A stretch of DNA of 64,000 nt from Hemiscyllium ocellatum (Eukaryota). The stretch is from contig NC_083404.1 of the NCBI RefSeq assembly GCF_020745735.1, positions 34,161,731 to 34,225,730 on the forward strand, read 5' to 3'. Positions 12,951 to 24,861 of this stretch are shown here, one piece after another (the stretch's first letter is position 1; the number at the start of each line of letters is the position of its first letter). The notes beneath the pieces are model-generated. The model searched no databases. It worked only from the letters and a program-made list of their open reading frames with translations, and was not told the origin of the DNA. Both the position numbers and the translations under genes were made by a program.

Positions 12951-13046
12951 CTAAAGAAGGAAAGATGCATTTACTCATGTGAACCATACTGCTGTAGGAA
13001 TCTAACTTTATTTAGACAAATGAATTGTAAAATAAATTATACTAAC

Positions 13047-13094
13047 CCTGTAATTCTTGGATGTTGTAACAGAAATATTATACAGAGATGATGG
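13047..13094 (-). CDS. LRRFIP2: LRRFIP2 coding exon, 48 nt, PSSLYNISVTTSKNYR
   Basis: Acceptor caatacag|CCA, donor AGG|gttagt. Similar to human SSSLYSDPLATYKSDR. Confidence 0.87.
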
Positions 13095-13264
13095 CTGTAT
13101 TGCAAATGAAGGAATCCAAATGAATTAACGTATTCTAAGTTATAAAATCAATTTATTTTGTGAAAAAAACAACCCGACTACGCTGAAAGGAAGAAGAATA
13201 TGAATTGAGTAATGAAGTATGTTTTTGGAAATTGCTGTACGCAAGCTAGGACATTCAAAAGGGA

Positions 13265-13505
13265 CCAAAAGGAGAAAATGTTGGAAAATCTCAGCAGGTC
13301 TGGCAAGCATCTGTAAGGAGAGAAAAGAGCTGATGTTTCAAGTCTAACTGACCCTTTGTCAAAGCTTTGTCAACTTTGACAAAGCGTCAGTTAGACTCAA
13401 AACGTCAGCTCTTTTCTCTCCTTACAGATGCTGCCAGACCTGCTGAGATTTTCCAGCATTTTCTCTTTTGGTTTCAGATTTCAGCATCCGCAGTAATTTG
13501 CTTTT
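13265..13505. mobile_element. Non-autonomous PLE-derived fold-back element (imperfect ~100-bp arms plus tail), degenerate hammerhead core
   Basis: Arms about 13264-13365 and 13374-13472 are reverse complements. TSD attcaaaaggga at 13253-13264 and 13506-13517. Confidence 0.85.
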
Positions 13506-14589
13506 ATTCAAAAGGGAATCAGTACTCTGGTTTTGACGGGATTTCTAGAGTTGTTCAAAACACTCATACTATTTTACTGAAATGAATTCATAGTTATTTT
13601 ACATAATTTCTTTCCACAAATTTTCTACGTTTTAGAAACAAAATTCCCATTAAAAAAAACCCACAGGTTACAAGCACTGAAGAATTTGTATTGAAGGCCA
13701 AGTGAGTTGGAAAAGGAAATGGCACAATTTAAAGTATCATCTCAAATTGATCCTAAGATTTGTCTCACCATGAACCATAAACAGGAATGACTTTGGGCAA
13801 TAGCTAATTTGTCACAACTTCAATCATCCCACAAATAATTATTTTGTGTGGCCTGGCATAAGATGCCAGTGGAGAAAAGACCAGTGGAATAGTGGCAATT
13901 TAAAAAGTTCATAACATGAGTACATGCTAGATTCTCAGAATACTGATTTCATGAAAAAGCACATGATTGTCATGTTTTAAATAGTGAACTGAGACACAGT
14001 TGACACATGCTTTGGAAACTAACAATTCCCAGTAAATCCGTTCATTGTTAAACAGTCAAATCAACGATCCAATGATTTGTTAATAAAATTAGCAATGCTG
14101 CACAATATTCAGCAATTCTTTTAAAAGAGGTAAGTGTTTGGGCAAAGCTCGAAAAGATGACAATTTACACAATCCAAGTATTTGTCTTAATAATTGTAGG
14201 TTTGAAAGCTCATTACAATTACAAAGTGCTTAGAGTTAGAAACAAAGCACATGCTGTCTTTCAGGTATCCTTTGCATAGGACATTTAGGAAATGACCATA
14301 AGCTGCTTTTGGGGGGACTTGGCATGTTCAGAAATATTGCAGTACAGAAATTAGCTAGTAATTACGCTTTCCTCAGGAGTACTTACAATGCCTTGGTGTA
14401 AAATATATCTATGTACCTCCCAAAAACGAACATCAAGTCTTTGGAAAGCTTGAATCGGACAAACCTACATCAGTTAATGAAACTAAAAACAGATGCTGCT
14501 CTTGTTAATCAATTCCAGCTCTGGTTTCAGAAACACAGTTTAAATAAGGATGCATACAAGTAGGCTGAACAAAAAAACTTGAGAGTTAT

Positions 14590-15215
14590 GTTACATAGCT
14601 CGGAAACAAACTCTAGTCCAACTTGTCCATGCCAACCAGATATCCTAAACTGATCCAGTCTCATTTGTCAACATTTGGCGCATATCCATCTAAACCCTTC
14701 CCATTCATATACCCATTCTGATGCCATTTAGATGTTGTTATAATTATACCCACCTCCATTTCCTCTAGCAGCTTATTCCACACACGGATCACCCTGTGCA
14801 GAAAAAGGTACTCCTTAGATTCCTTTTAATTCTTAACTCTCTCACCTTAAACCTATGTCCTCTAGGTTTGGACTACCCCACCCTGGGAAAAAGACCTTGT
14901 CTATTTACCCTGTCCATGCACCTCATGATTTTCTAAGCTTCGATAAAGATCATCCCTCAGGCTCTGACACTCCAATGAGAATAGCCCCAACCATTTCAGC
15001 CTCTCACTATAGCCCAAACTCTTCAATTCTGGTAACGTCTTGTAAATCTTTTCTCAATCCTTTCAAGGTTAACAACATCTTTTTTTATACACAGCAGAGA
15101 AACCAGAAGAGAATGCAGTATTCCAAAAGTGGCCTAATCAATATCTATACAACCACAACATGACATCCCAACGCAATGCATTGATCAATGAAGGCAAGCA
15201 TGCCAAATGCCTTCT
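14590..15215 (-). mobile_element. CR1 (HER1-like) LINE 3' fragment
   Basis: Reverse complement of the sequence type at 35600-36145, plus 3' UTR. Confidence 0.8.
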
Positions 15216-15534
15216 TCAAGAGAGAGTCGAGAGTAGCTTTGTCATTTCTACCATATACAACTGATACAGTAAAACAAGACAGCATTCCTCCAGGACCAAG
15301 GTGTTACATGGACAGCACAAAACCACACGATCATGTGCAGGCCAGCATAAAGTGCATAAAAAATACAAAACACACACGACAGCACAATAGTTCCTGACAA
15401 GTCAAGACAAAAAGCACAGCTGTGTGCAAATTACAGTGTAATAAAAGAATAATTAGTAACTATTGTTCTAGCAGCAATGCAAAGCTGTGCCAAGAGTTTC
15501 AGATGGAATAGAGTCTGATCATAGAGGATTAAGG

Positions 15535-15840
15535 CTATCCTATAATGGCTATCCTGTCTACCTGACACTGTCAAGGAACTATGCACCTGCACCACAGGTC
15601 CCTTTGTTTGGTAACACTCTCCAGGGTCCTAACATTAACTGGATAAGTCCTGCACTGATTTGCTGTAATAAAAAGCAGCACCTTACATTTATCTAAATTA
15701 AACTCTATCTGCTTCTTCTCGGCCCATTGGACCATCTGATCAAGGTCCCATTGTACTCTGAGGTAATGGTTTTCACTGTCCACTAAAATCACTAATTTTG
15801 AAATTATGTGCAAACTCATTAACCATACCTCCTATATTCT
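15535..15840 (-). mobile_element. CR1 LINE RT fragment
   Basis: ORF 15571..15819: DLDQMVQWAEKKQIEFNLDKCKVL. Confidence 0.8.
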
Positions 15841-15984
15841 TTGGAGTGAAGTAATTAATTGAGTAATAAAGAATTATTTAATTTCCTAACAGAATTGAAA
15901 TGTTTGATTTAGCCATTTATTGTCTATTACTAATTATCCTTGAGAAAGACGAGTAGCTGATGACAATCATCAAAAGATGATAAT

Positions 15985-16555
15985 TTGCGCAGAAAAGACT
16001 TACAAGAATGTTGGCAGGGTTGGAGGGTTTGAGGTATAGGGCGATGCTGAGTAGGCTGGGGCTATTTTCCCTTTTGGATGTTTATACAATCATGAGCAGC
16101 AGTGATAGGGTGAATAGCCAAAGTCTTTTTTCCAGAGTAGGGGAGTCCAAAACCAGAGGGCATAGGTTTACGCTGAGAAGGGAAAGATTTAAAAGGGACC
16201 ACCTAATGGGTAAGTTTTTCAGAGAGTGGTGTGTGTTACGGAATGAAGTGCCTGGTATGCTGTGGTATGGTATGCTGCCTGACCTGCTGTGCTTTTCCAG
16301 CACCACACATTTCAACTCTGATCTCCAGCATCTGCAGTCCTCACTTTCTTCATCTGGCACTTGATACCATAAGAAGTGTTGGAGGCTGGTACAATAACAA
16401 TATTTGAATGGCACCTAGATGGGTACATGAGTAGGAATGGTTTAGAAGGATATAGGCCAAACGCTGACAAATGGGACAAGACTAATTTAGGATATCTGGT
16501 TGGCATGGACAAGTTGGACCAAAAGGTCTGTTTCTGTTTGGCACAACTCTGAATC
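15985..16555 (+). mobile_element. CR1 LINE 3' fragment interrupted by a PLE mini-element tail (about 16272-16349)
   Basis: GLRYRAMLSRLGLFSL...KTRGHRF. Insert atgctgcctgacctgctgtgcttttccagcaccacac...ctccagcatctgcagtcctcacttt. Confidence 0.8.
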
Positions 16556-16785
16556 TCTGCCCAGACATCAAAAGCAAAAAAGACAGATAGACTTGGTGTA
16601 CAATTTTCAAAGAAAATGCAAAAGTTATGCAAAAAAGTATGAGTGAAGTGGGAGAGCTCAACATTTCTACTCTTAAAATATGCCTTACTTTCATGATAAC
16701 CTTTCTGTCCTAGGCTTGCTACAATGATCTAGAAAAGAGACAAAGCTATGTTAAATTTAGGCACTTTGCAGCCTTCAGGACAGCA

Positions 16786-17098
16786 AGATTAGATTAGACT
16801 TACAGTATGGAAACAGGCCCTTCGGCCCAACAAGTCCACACCGACCCGCCGAAGCGCAACCCACCCATACCCCTACGTTTACCCCTTACCTAACACTACG
16901 GGCAATTTAGCATGGCCAATTCACCTGACCCGCACATCTTTGTGACTGTGGGAGGAAACCGGAGCACCCGGAGGAAACCCACGCAGACACGGGGAGAACG
17001 TGCAAACTCCACACAGTCAGTCGCCTGAGTCGGGAATTGAACCCGGGTCTACAGGCGCTGTGAGGCAGCAGTGCTAACCACTGTGCCACCGTGCCGCC
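16786..17098 (-). mobile_element. HE1-type V-SINE, full length, young
   Basis: Head ggcggcacggtggcacagtggttagcactgc (A box) and gggttcaattccc (B box), V-domain, (ATCTA)n tail. Confidence 0.92.
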
Positions 17099-17984
17099 AA
17101 CTTGAGAACATGATCAATATCCTCCATTCTCATTATACATTTCTCTCCACCATCTCGTCCAATGCTCCTGTCATGTCGTGTTTGCTCTCGTTGTCTCCTA
17201 TTTATACCAACAGTAATTTTACAGCTATACCTCTCCTTTGCAACAATTAGCTCTCTCTTTGTCTATTGCTCGATGTTCTTCCTCCCCCCTTGAAAAACCA
17301 TCTTCAAGCCTCCTTCAGTTTGGAAAAATCATTTCAGATTCAATTTTTAACTGGTTCTCTCTCCATAGATGCTGTCTGACAACTTTCTTTAACACTTGGC
17401 TATTAGAAGATGCCAGTTGCAAAAAGTAGAGGTTAATGTTCACTTCCTCAAAGAAACTTCCCAAAGTAATACCACTTACTTCGAATATTTCTGAAAATAC
17501 GTTTTCTCCTCAGCAAAAAAAAAAGTCTCTCCAAACAACTTTCTGGACTTGTTTCAACCAACTTTTCTGCTCGAAGACCTCATTTATTTGCCTCATACAT
17601 CCCAGCTCCAAAAATCCAATCAGCATCATCATAATGTCCAGCTGAAATTTTGGTTTTGTAGCTCTTAGTTTAGCACCTGAGATTGGGAACATCACACAAG
17701 ACAAAGCTTTGCATTTCAGACTGCAATTGCATATCTAAAAGGAGCCAAGTCACAACATCACAAATTTCACAAACGTAGGTTCTGCTCATTACAAGAAATA
17801 AAATCAACACATGAAATACATTAATTTTGTAGTTTTAAGAGCATTGTAAAACTAAAGTGCACACATTCTCAACTGGAAATTAATTTCAAAACTGGTTAAG
17901 ATATTGTCAATCTTGTGCACCAGACACCCAAACCATGCTGAACTCAACACGGGTTACCAAAGTAAATAAAATAGTAAGACAGAC

Positions 17985-18056
17985 CCGAGTATAGGAGGAG
18001 GAGGATTTAATGCTATTTAAGGTGCTGAGCTTTCTTTGGTTATGGTACATTCCACT
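17985..18056 (-). CDS. LRRFIP2: LRRFIP2 coding exon, 72 nt, SGMYHNQRKLSTLNSIKSSSSYTR
   Basis: Acceptor gattttcag|AGT, donor CGG|gtctgt. Similar to human SGLYFDQRNYSSLRHSKPTSAYYTR. Confidence 0.9.
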
Positions 18057-18273
18057 CTGAAAATCAAATCATAGAAATAATGATAAATTTAGCAAAAGCT
18101 CAATATTTGCAAAGTTACAACATCAAATCATCACATATTTGAAATCATAAATAGTTAAAAACAGTATTTGCAATTTCTACAACACTGCAAAGCAATTCAC
18201 AAAATCTAAACTTATCAGTTTTATCCAAGACTCCAGGCATTTGTCTCAACAAGCTAAATATAAATCAACTAAC

Positions 18274-18339
18274 CAAGAAGTCATTATTCGAAGTGGAGAG
18301 TTTCTTCCTGACTGCATGGGCATCTGTGTAAATGGAACT
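18274..18339 (-). CDS. LRRFIP2: LRRFIP2 coding exon, 66 nt, SSIYTDAHAVRKKLSTSNNDFL
   Basis: Acceptor ttttgctaccag|AGT, donor TTG|gttagt. Same length (22 aa) as, and similar to, human NHSYSHSHGMKKRSSDSHKDLL. Confidence 0.82.
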
Positions 18340-18653
18340 CTGGTAGCAAAAAGCAAATTAATCCAAATTAACAAACATACCAGGTCAAAATCAATGTGAC
18401 AAATTTGAGCCATTTTCGACATCAACACAGTGAAAAATAATTTTTTCTCAATACTAAAATTACTATGCTGACAGCAAAATTTGTGATCCAGCATTTTTCT
18501 TGACAGTTTTTACAAAGTAAAATTACTGAATCCTTAAAATGGACTTTGGAACACTATCTCAATTCTCAACTCTGAAGCAAAGGATTTTTACATTAGCTGA
18601 GGCGCATAATGTACAAATGAATCTTAAATCCAAGTGAGATTTCGTTTACATAC

Positions 18654-18707
18654 AGCTCGTGAGGTTCTCTCAAGTTGAACTGACTTGTCCTTTGCGTAAG
18701 AAGTCAT
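18654..18707 (-). CDS. LRRFIP2: LRRFIP2 coding exon, 54 nt, MTSYAKDKSVQLERTSRA
   Basis: Acceptor gatttgtag|ATG, donor GCT|gtatgt, in frame. KDKS resembles human YDMFKDRSSRLSSL at the expected position. Confidence 0.78.
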
Positions 18708-19614
18708 CTACAAATCCACAAGGAAAGATTATGAAATAATGAGAAATGACAATATATACAGGTCAATGAATGGCATATCAAAGTAAAAAAAATTGAAGGA
18801 TAATAAGCATTTAAATTCCTTCCTCTCTCCTCCCCTTTTCCAACAGCAAAACGTTTGTAATTTTTTGATCAGAAGGGACATATGCAGGTATAAGTGCCCC
18901 TGAAAATTGATCAAGTCATGTACTTGGAAGGGAAAACCTTCCATATAAATGGTCACTGTAACAAGATCTGCATTTTTTGTTTCTACACTCATGTTTGAAA
19001 CAATTCTTTCTACATGGTGTTTTTTAAGTTCAGTTTAAAAATACGTATCTTCTTTTAAAAGGTGCTGGACTTCCCTGGTTAAAATGCTTTATTAGAAAAT
19101 GTTCATATTCAAATGTGGTTCACATGTCTAATACCAATGTTCAACAGGATTTATTTCAGAACATTGTTAAATGACATCCAAAAACAACAGCTGTAAAAAT
19201 AAATAAAATAGGCCAACAATCAACGTGCTGTTTGCGTGGAAAAAGTTCCTCTAAATTGCTTGATTTGTTTTCTCAAAATGGGATTTCATCAAGGTGACAA
19301 CTAATATGGACTCAGTAAATAATCTGAAATGAAAACCCCATAAAACTATTTCCAAAATTGCTGCTAAGAGGTGAGCATTTGGGCAAAGCTCAGGAGTCAC
19401 TTGTTAGTGAGGCATATTCCTGTCCAGGACCCTGTGTTAAAAGGAAGTTTGAGAATTGTGGAGTAAAATGAGACTCTATATTTTTAAGTATCTACATCAC
19501 ATGAACGTTGATGCCTCTAGAACATTACATTACAGCAAGCAATGACTGATTTAAGAAAAAAGGGTCAAGTAATTAGACAGGTCACCCAAAATTAACTATA
19601 CAGCCATGATCATA

Positions 19615-20365
19615 TAGTCATATAGAGTCATTAATGGAAACAGAACCTTCAGTCCAACTAGTCCACAGTGACTACATTCGCAAACCAAACTAATCCCACT
19701 TGCCTGCGTTGCCCCTTATTTCTCCAGGCCTTTATTATTCATCTACTTATCCTAATGAGCTTTAAATGCTCTAACTGTACCTACCATTTCCTGTAGAAGT
19801 TCATTCTACACACAAACCTCCCCATTTAAAAACACTGTCCTTCATGTCCTTTTTAAAATCTTTTTCCATTCACCATAAAAATATGCTCTCCCAGCTTTTG
19901 AAGTGACCTCATGAAGCGAAAAGAGCTTTGTTATTCATGCCTTCATGTTTTATAAACCAGTATGTCAGCCCTCAACTTCCAACGTACCAGTCGAAGGAAG
20001 CCCCAAAATGTCCAGCCTCTCCTTATTATGCAAACTCAAGTTCCAGCAACATTTTGATGAATCTTTTCTGACCCTCTTCAATTTAATAATATGCTTGTTA
20101 TAGCAGGGTGACCAGAACTCTAGAAACTACTTCAAAAACGGCCTGACTAATGTCCTGTACAACCTCAACATGATGTCCTAACTTCTAAACTCAATGGTGT
20201 GAGCAACGAAGACAACTTTGCTAAACAACTTCATAATCACTTGTCCATTTGCTATGCAACTTTCAAAAAGCTATGTACTTGAACCCCAATATCTCTCTGC
20301 TACAACACTACCAAGGGCCCTACCATTAACTGTGCAAGCCCTGCCCTTGTCTATTTTACCAAAAT
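19615..20365 (-). mobile_element. CR1 LINE 3' fragment
   Basis: catagagtc-type tail and reverse-complement CR1 ORF2 motifs. Confidence 0.7.
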
Positions 20366-22864
20366 TTCAGATTGATGTTATGGCACATCATAATTTCTGC
20401 AAATAACTTATGCCAAAATGTCAACCCTTTACATGAAGGAAATGTTTGGTTCCGATAGCACAGTTGCACTACAGAAAAATTGGCTTAACGTAACAAAAGA
20501 AATGGAGAGAAGATCTTAGTGTTCCCAAGATCCAGGCTACTGATTTACACTTGACTTCAGTTCCTTGCACGTAGAAATTTAACTGCAACATAACTAGTAC
20601 CTGCCAAATCTGTAAAAGTCTGCAATCTGATTCGAAGATTTCACTAATCTTTATATCTCCTAACTCTAAATTTAATGAGGCATCTTTTCTCAATTTGAAG
20701 ATCTTTAAACAATGATATTAAAGGAATTCACAGACAAACATGGGATAATGTAATGCCACTTAAAGTCCTGAGCATTAGCAAGACAATTTTACAATTGATA
20801 ATTTCCAGCTCATCATTCTCCCATAACAGGGTCAATATTATAAGATGTTGTTCTGGCCAAACTTGAGGTGATATGGGTTCTCTACATGACTACCAAATAC
20901 ATTTTAAAAATTCACTAGTTCCAATTAAATATAATTACTCCAAAAGTTCAAATAAACCAGATGCAGAATATATAACATGGACCACTCAAATGCCATCACT
21001 TCTGTATCTATTGTTTTTGATCTCACACTTTCCACAAACTTAGTCAAACCTTCTCGTGTCAATTGGAGTGGAGGAAGAAATTGAACAGAGCTATCACAAA
21101 AATTTTGAAACGGTTGGATTTCCAACAAGTGCTAATGAGCTTTAGCAACAAGATCATTCAGAGCCAAATGAAGGGGAGAGTCAGAAGAAATGTTATTGCA
21201 ACATACTACAAGGGAAATAGAAAAGAATCTATGATGTAACCAGTCATTCAAAGCATTGCATCTATGGTGAAAATGGCCTGGCTATGGTGATTTGCTCTTG
21301 GATGGGAAATCACATGATTAAAAAGCCAAGTCATGAATTACTTTATAAAGAACATGCAGGGCTATGAAGAAAGGGCATTGGAATAGCAGTAAGCTGGCCT
21401 AGCCGAACAGTTGACATTGGCAAAAGATCCAATTCCTTTTTTTTTTATTTTGTGCTGTCGGATTCTGTTGTCACAGTAAAACTACTGCTAGTGTAATTCA
21501 ACATAAGATGAACTGGCATACTGTTAAAATGTTTACATCATTGAAATATCATGATTTAATGATGGTCTATGAGCACATTCAAATTAAATTTCATACATCA
21601 TGACATTCAGCAAGTCTTTGCAATTCATGTATGGTGATACCAAAGCTTTGATAATGAATCACAATTCTTAAAGCAGAATTTAGGAACTATCAGAGATGAG
21701 ACAACTACGTCAAATAAATGCTTTTGGAACTTTGCTTGAAGCAATCTTAGCACAAAACAAGCTATCAACATGAGCCTTGTTCTTTTCTTGAAAATGTCTT
21801 ATTTTGAAAAGACGACCTAATATTAGCACAGTAACTAGGCTCCTATTTAAGGCACTATGAAAATGCTCTTCAAAAACATGCTAACTGGTGTTCATTTGGT
21901 CTCTAATCCAAACTGCCAAAACTTTGAAATATGGCATAGAGGGGCTCTGTGATGATACTAATCAAAAAAGGCAACAAAAAAAATACTACGTACCAGCTTA
22001 CTTTTCCTAAACCATATACTCAAATTCATTTGAGATAAAAAAGCAAACCATGGAATAGAAAAGTATTTTCTTATTCTATGTTAACTAAAATGACTCCAGG
22101 ATTTCTTATTCAAAAGTCCAAAATATTCTCTAAGGAAACTTGATGGTTGACGATATCGGGATTTCATTCCATTGACTTGTTTTGAAGGCAGGAAGAGGAG
22201 ACAGGAAAACAAAAGAGTATTATAAGCTTAGTTATTTTGAGTAAACAAGAATCAACCAAGTGACATATGGAATCTAATTTTACTAAATAGTGATGTATTA
22301 CTTTATGTTCATGTTCATTATGGTTTGTATTCATGCAAGAATCTTGATAAGTTCCAGTATACTTCACACCGAGCATTTACTGATTAGCAAAGTGGAATAA
22401 GCACTTCACACAACTAATTTGTAAAGATCTTTCCATTGCAAACCACTAATTACATGCAGTCTATCACAGTTAACAGCCAACACAGATTTCTGCTTTACAA
22501 ACCACAAAATTATTTCGTCTTGAGCTGCTTCTCTGTAACACACCCACATCAAGAAAGGAATGCTTTGAAAAGAATAAGGTAGGAAGGAATAAAAATGTGC
22601 TTTAGAAATACCGTGCTGTTCCAAAATTCTAAATTACAATACATGGATAATTCAATGGGACTACACAAACAATCAAGGTTTTAGGTATTTGGCTCACAAG
22701 GTGAGACCGACCTAAAATTCAACAAAGTCAAATTAAGCAAACTGCTATTAAAGTTCTGCAGCTTGTAAATGAATACAAGCTTGTTTCAAGATTATTGATA
22801 TTCAGAAGAACTTAGTACTTTTATTGTGAGAAAGAAATTGGTGTACAATAATAAATAAGTTGTG

Positions 22865-23430
22865 CCATTCCCGTTGTTGTGCTAGGCTTTGATGAGACCA
22901 CACCTTGAACGTGTGCAGAGTTTTGGTCTCAATGATTAATCAAGAATACACTTGCATTCAACACAGTACAGGAATGGTTTATTCACTTGGTTCTATGGAT
23001 TAAAGCATTATGTTATGATGAGAGGCCAAGTTCAATGGACATATTCTCTGCAATTAAGAAAAATGAGAAGTGCATTCCTGGAAATATAAACAATTCTAAA
23101 GAGGCTCAACACAGCGAAAGTACTGAAGTCATTTGCCAAGGCTGGGACAAGCAGAAAAAGGATGTAATGTCTCAGAAGAAAAGGTTGATCACCTTGGATT
23201 GAAATGCGGAGAAAACTGTGAATCTTTACAACTCTTGATTCCAGATCATTGAATATTGCCAATTGTCAAATATATTTAACTCTACGATTGAGAGATTTTT
23301 TTAAGTCAGAGAACCAAGGGATATGGGGAACAGTTGGGAAAGTACATTTGAGATCACGGATTAGCCATGATTTGACTTGTGTGGCCATACAGTTTACTCC
23401 AGGTTCTGTATTTTTTGTTTCTGCATGTTA
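22865..23430 (+). mobile_element. Old CR1 LINE 3' remnant
   Basis: gatgagaccacaccttgaacgtgtgcagagttttggtctc, an RPHLE.CVQFWS-like stretch. Confidence 0.6.
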
Positions 23431-24666
23431 TGGATGCTTGGTAACTTCCAGAGGTAGCACTACTTTTTAATAAACTTGGTGAACTGGCAACTTTAAAGAG
23501 AAAGTTTAAAGTGAGATTACAAATTATGTGAAATAAAATTTCAGCAGTAACTAGATATTTTTCGTAAATTAAAGTCTAGTCACAAAATCTTTCACATTAC
23601 TACTCAGTGAAGAACAAATTCTACTAACTGTCTTTCCAAGTATATAATAATGAACTGCTGGTGGCAAGTAGTGTATATTTCTGTGAAATACAAGTTATTG
23701 TATTTAATGTGGCTTTTAAAAACTGACCATGTCTCAAAAGGGAGAAAATAATGTGAAATGCAACAAATAGTAGTTATGCTTTAGATTGAAATATTTCCCA
23801 TGAAACCTTTCAAAACCTCACTTAGTCTTTTGGTTGTGGTAATGAAGGAGAAAAATACAATGCAAATGAATCCACATAATCTTGCTCTGAACCCAAGCCC
23901 TATAGATACCGTTGTGTGAAGCAAGCAAATGCAAATGAAAAAAAAACCAAACAATTATTTGTTTCATGTGAAGTCTCAAAACTTCAGTCTTGGGTATTAT
24001 TACAAAAACCAAATTTCTATCTACATAGACAGCTTATTTTCAGGTAATCTTAAGATAAAGGTTTACAGCAGATGTATCATGTGAAATCATAGCTTTCTTG
24101 CACAACCCTGCATCATTTCACACTGGAAAATTACAACAAACAACACAAACTACATTTTATCTCCTAATGTGGCACTGATTTTATGAATCTGCTATCTCAA
24201 TTCTCACCATTCCCCATACGGTTTTGTTTTATTTGTTTAGGCTCAATAAATCTCTTTTGCTTGTTCTACATTTTAATTGTCTTTTAGCTACTTTGTTTAA
24301 TGCTCTTTCTATTTTTGTAAACTTTTCTAGAAAAACTACATAATTGAAACCTGGTTAGCAGATAACACAGCATTTTTTCCATAATTTTAAATAGACATAT
24401 TCACAAGTACTATTTGCCATTATTCCCAGCTATTGGCTTGGAGCTATGCTGAGAAACCGACATAAAAGTCAATGGAGGATGTATTTTGTTTCTGTTTAGA
24501 GACAAAGATTGAAGATCTGTATGCATGTGAGCTTCCTGTGAAGGTTTATAAACTGCTGCCATTTTCTCCATTATTCGCCCCTTGTCAGAACATGTAATGT
24601 AAAGATTCAAAACCAAAACAGAGACAGTTGGCAAATACATGCTATGTGATTTTCAGGTATACTAAC

Positions 24667-24714
24667 CCTTTGACTGCTAGCACTGTGAACAGGCAAGGTA
24701 TCATGGTTTGTTGC
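24667..24714 (-). CDS. LRRFIP2: LRRFIP2 coding exon, 48 nt, ATNHDTLPVHSASSQR
   Basis: Acceptor ttttctttttaatttatcag|GCA, donor AGG|gttagt. Similar to human GVEDALSIRSVGSHR. Confidence 0.87.
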
Positions 24715-24810
24715 CTGATAAATTAAAAAGAAAAGTAAGTTATTATGCCAGTTCAATCCATTGTTGTGAAAATGAGAAAGGAGGAAAGGAGAGTTGAAAA
24801 AAAAACAAAC

Positions 24811-24861
24811 CACGTGATGTCGGCTAGGCCTGTAAGAATGCTTGGCACGTTCTGCATTCTC
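24811..24861 (-). CDS. LRRFIP2: LRRFIP2 coding exon, 51 nt, ENAERAKHSYRPSRHHV
   Basis: Acceptor tcttcctcctag|GAG, donor GTG|gtttgt; an alternative CAC|gtggtt donor 3 nt earlier is possible. Similar to human EDSERARYSHRSSHHR. Confidence 0.9.

Noticed and set aside
17030-17098. tRNA gene
   Set aside because: A and B boxes belong to the tRNA-derived head of an HE1 SINE and run directly into the V-domain.
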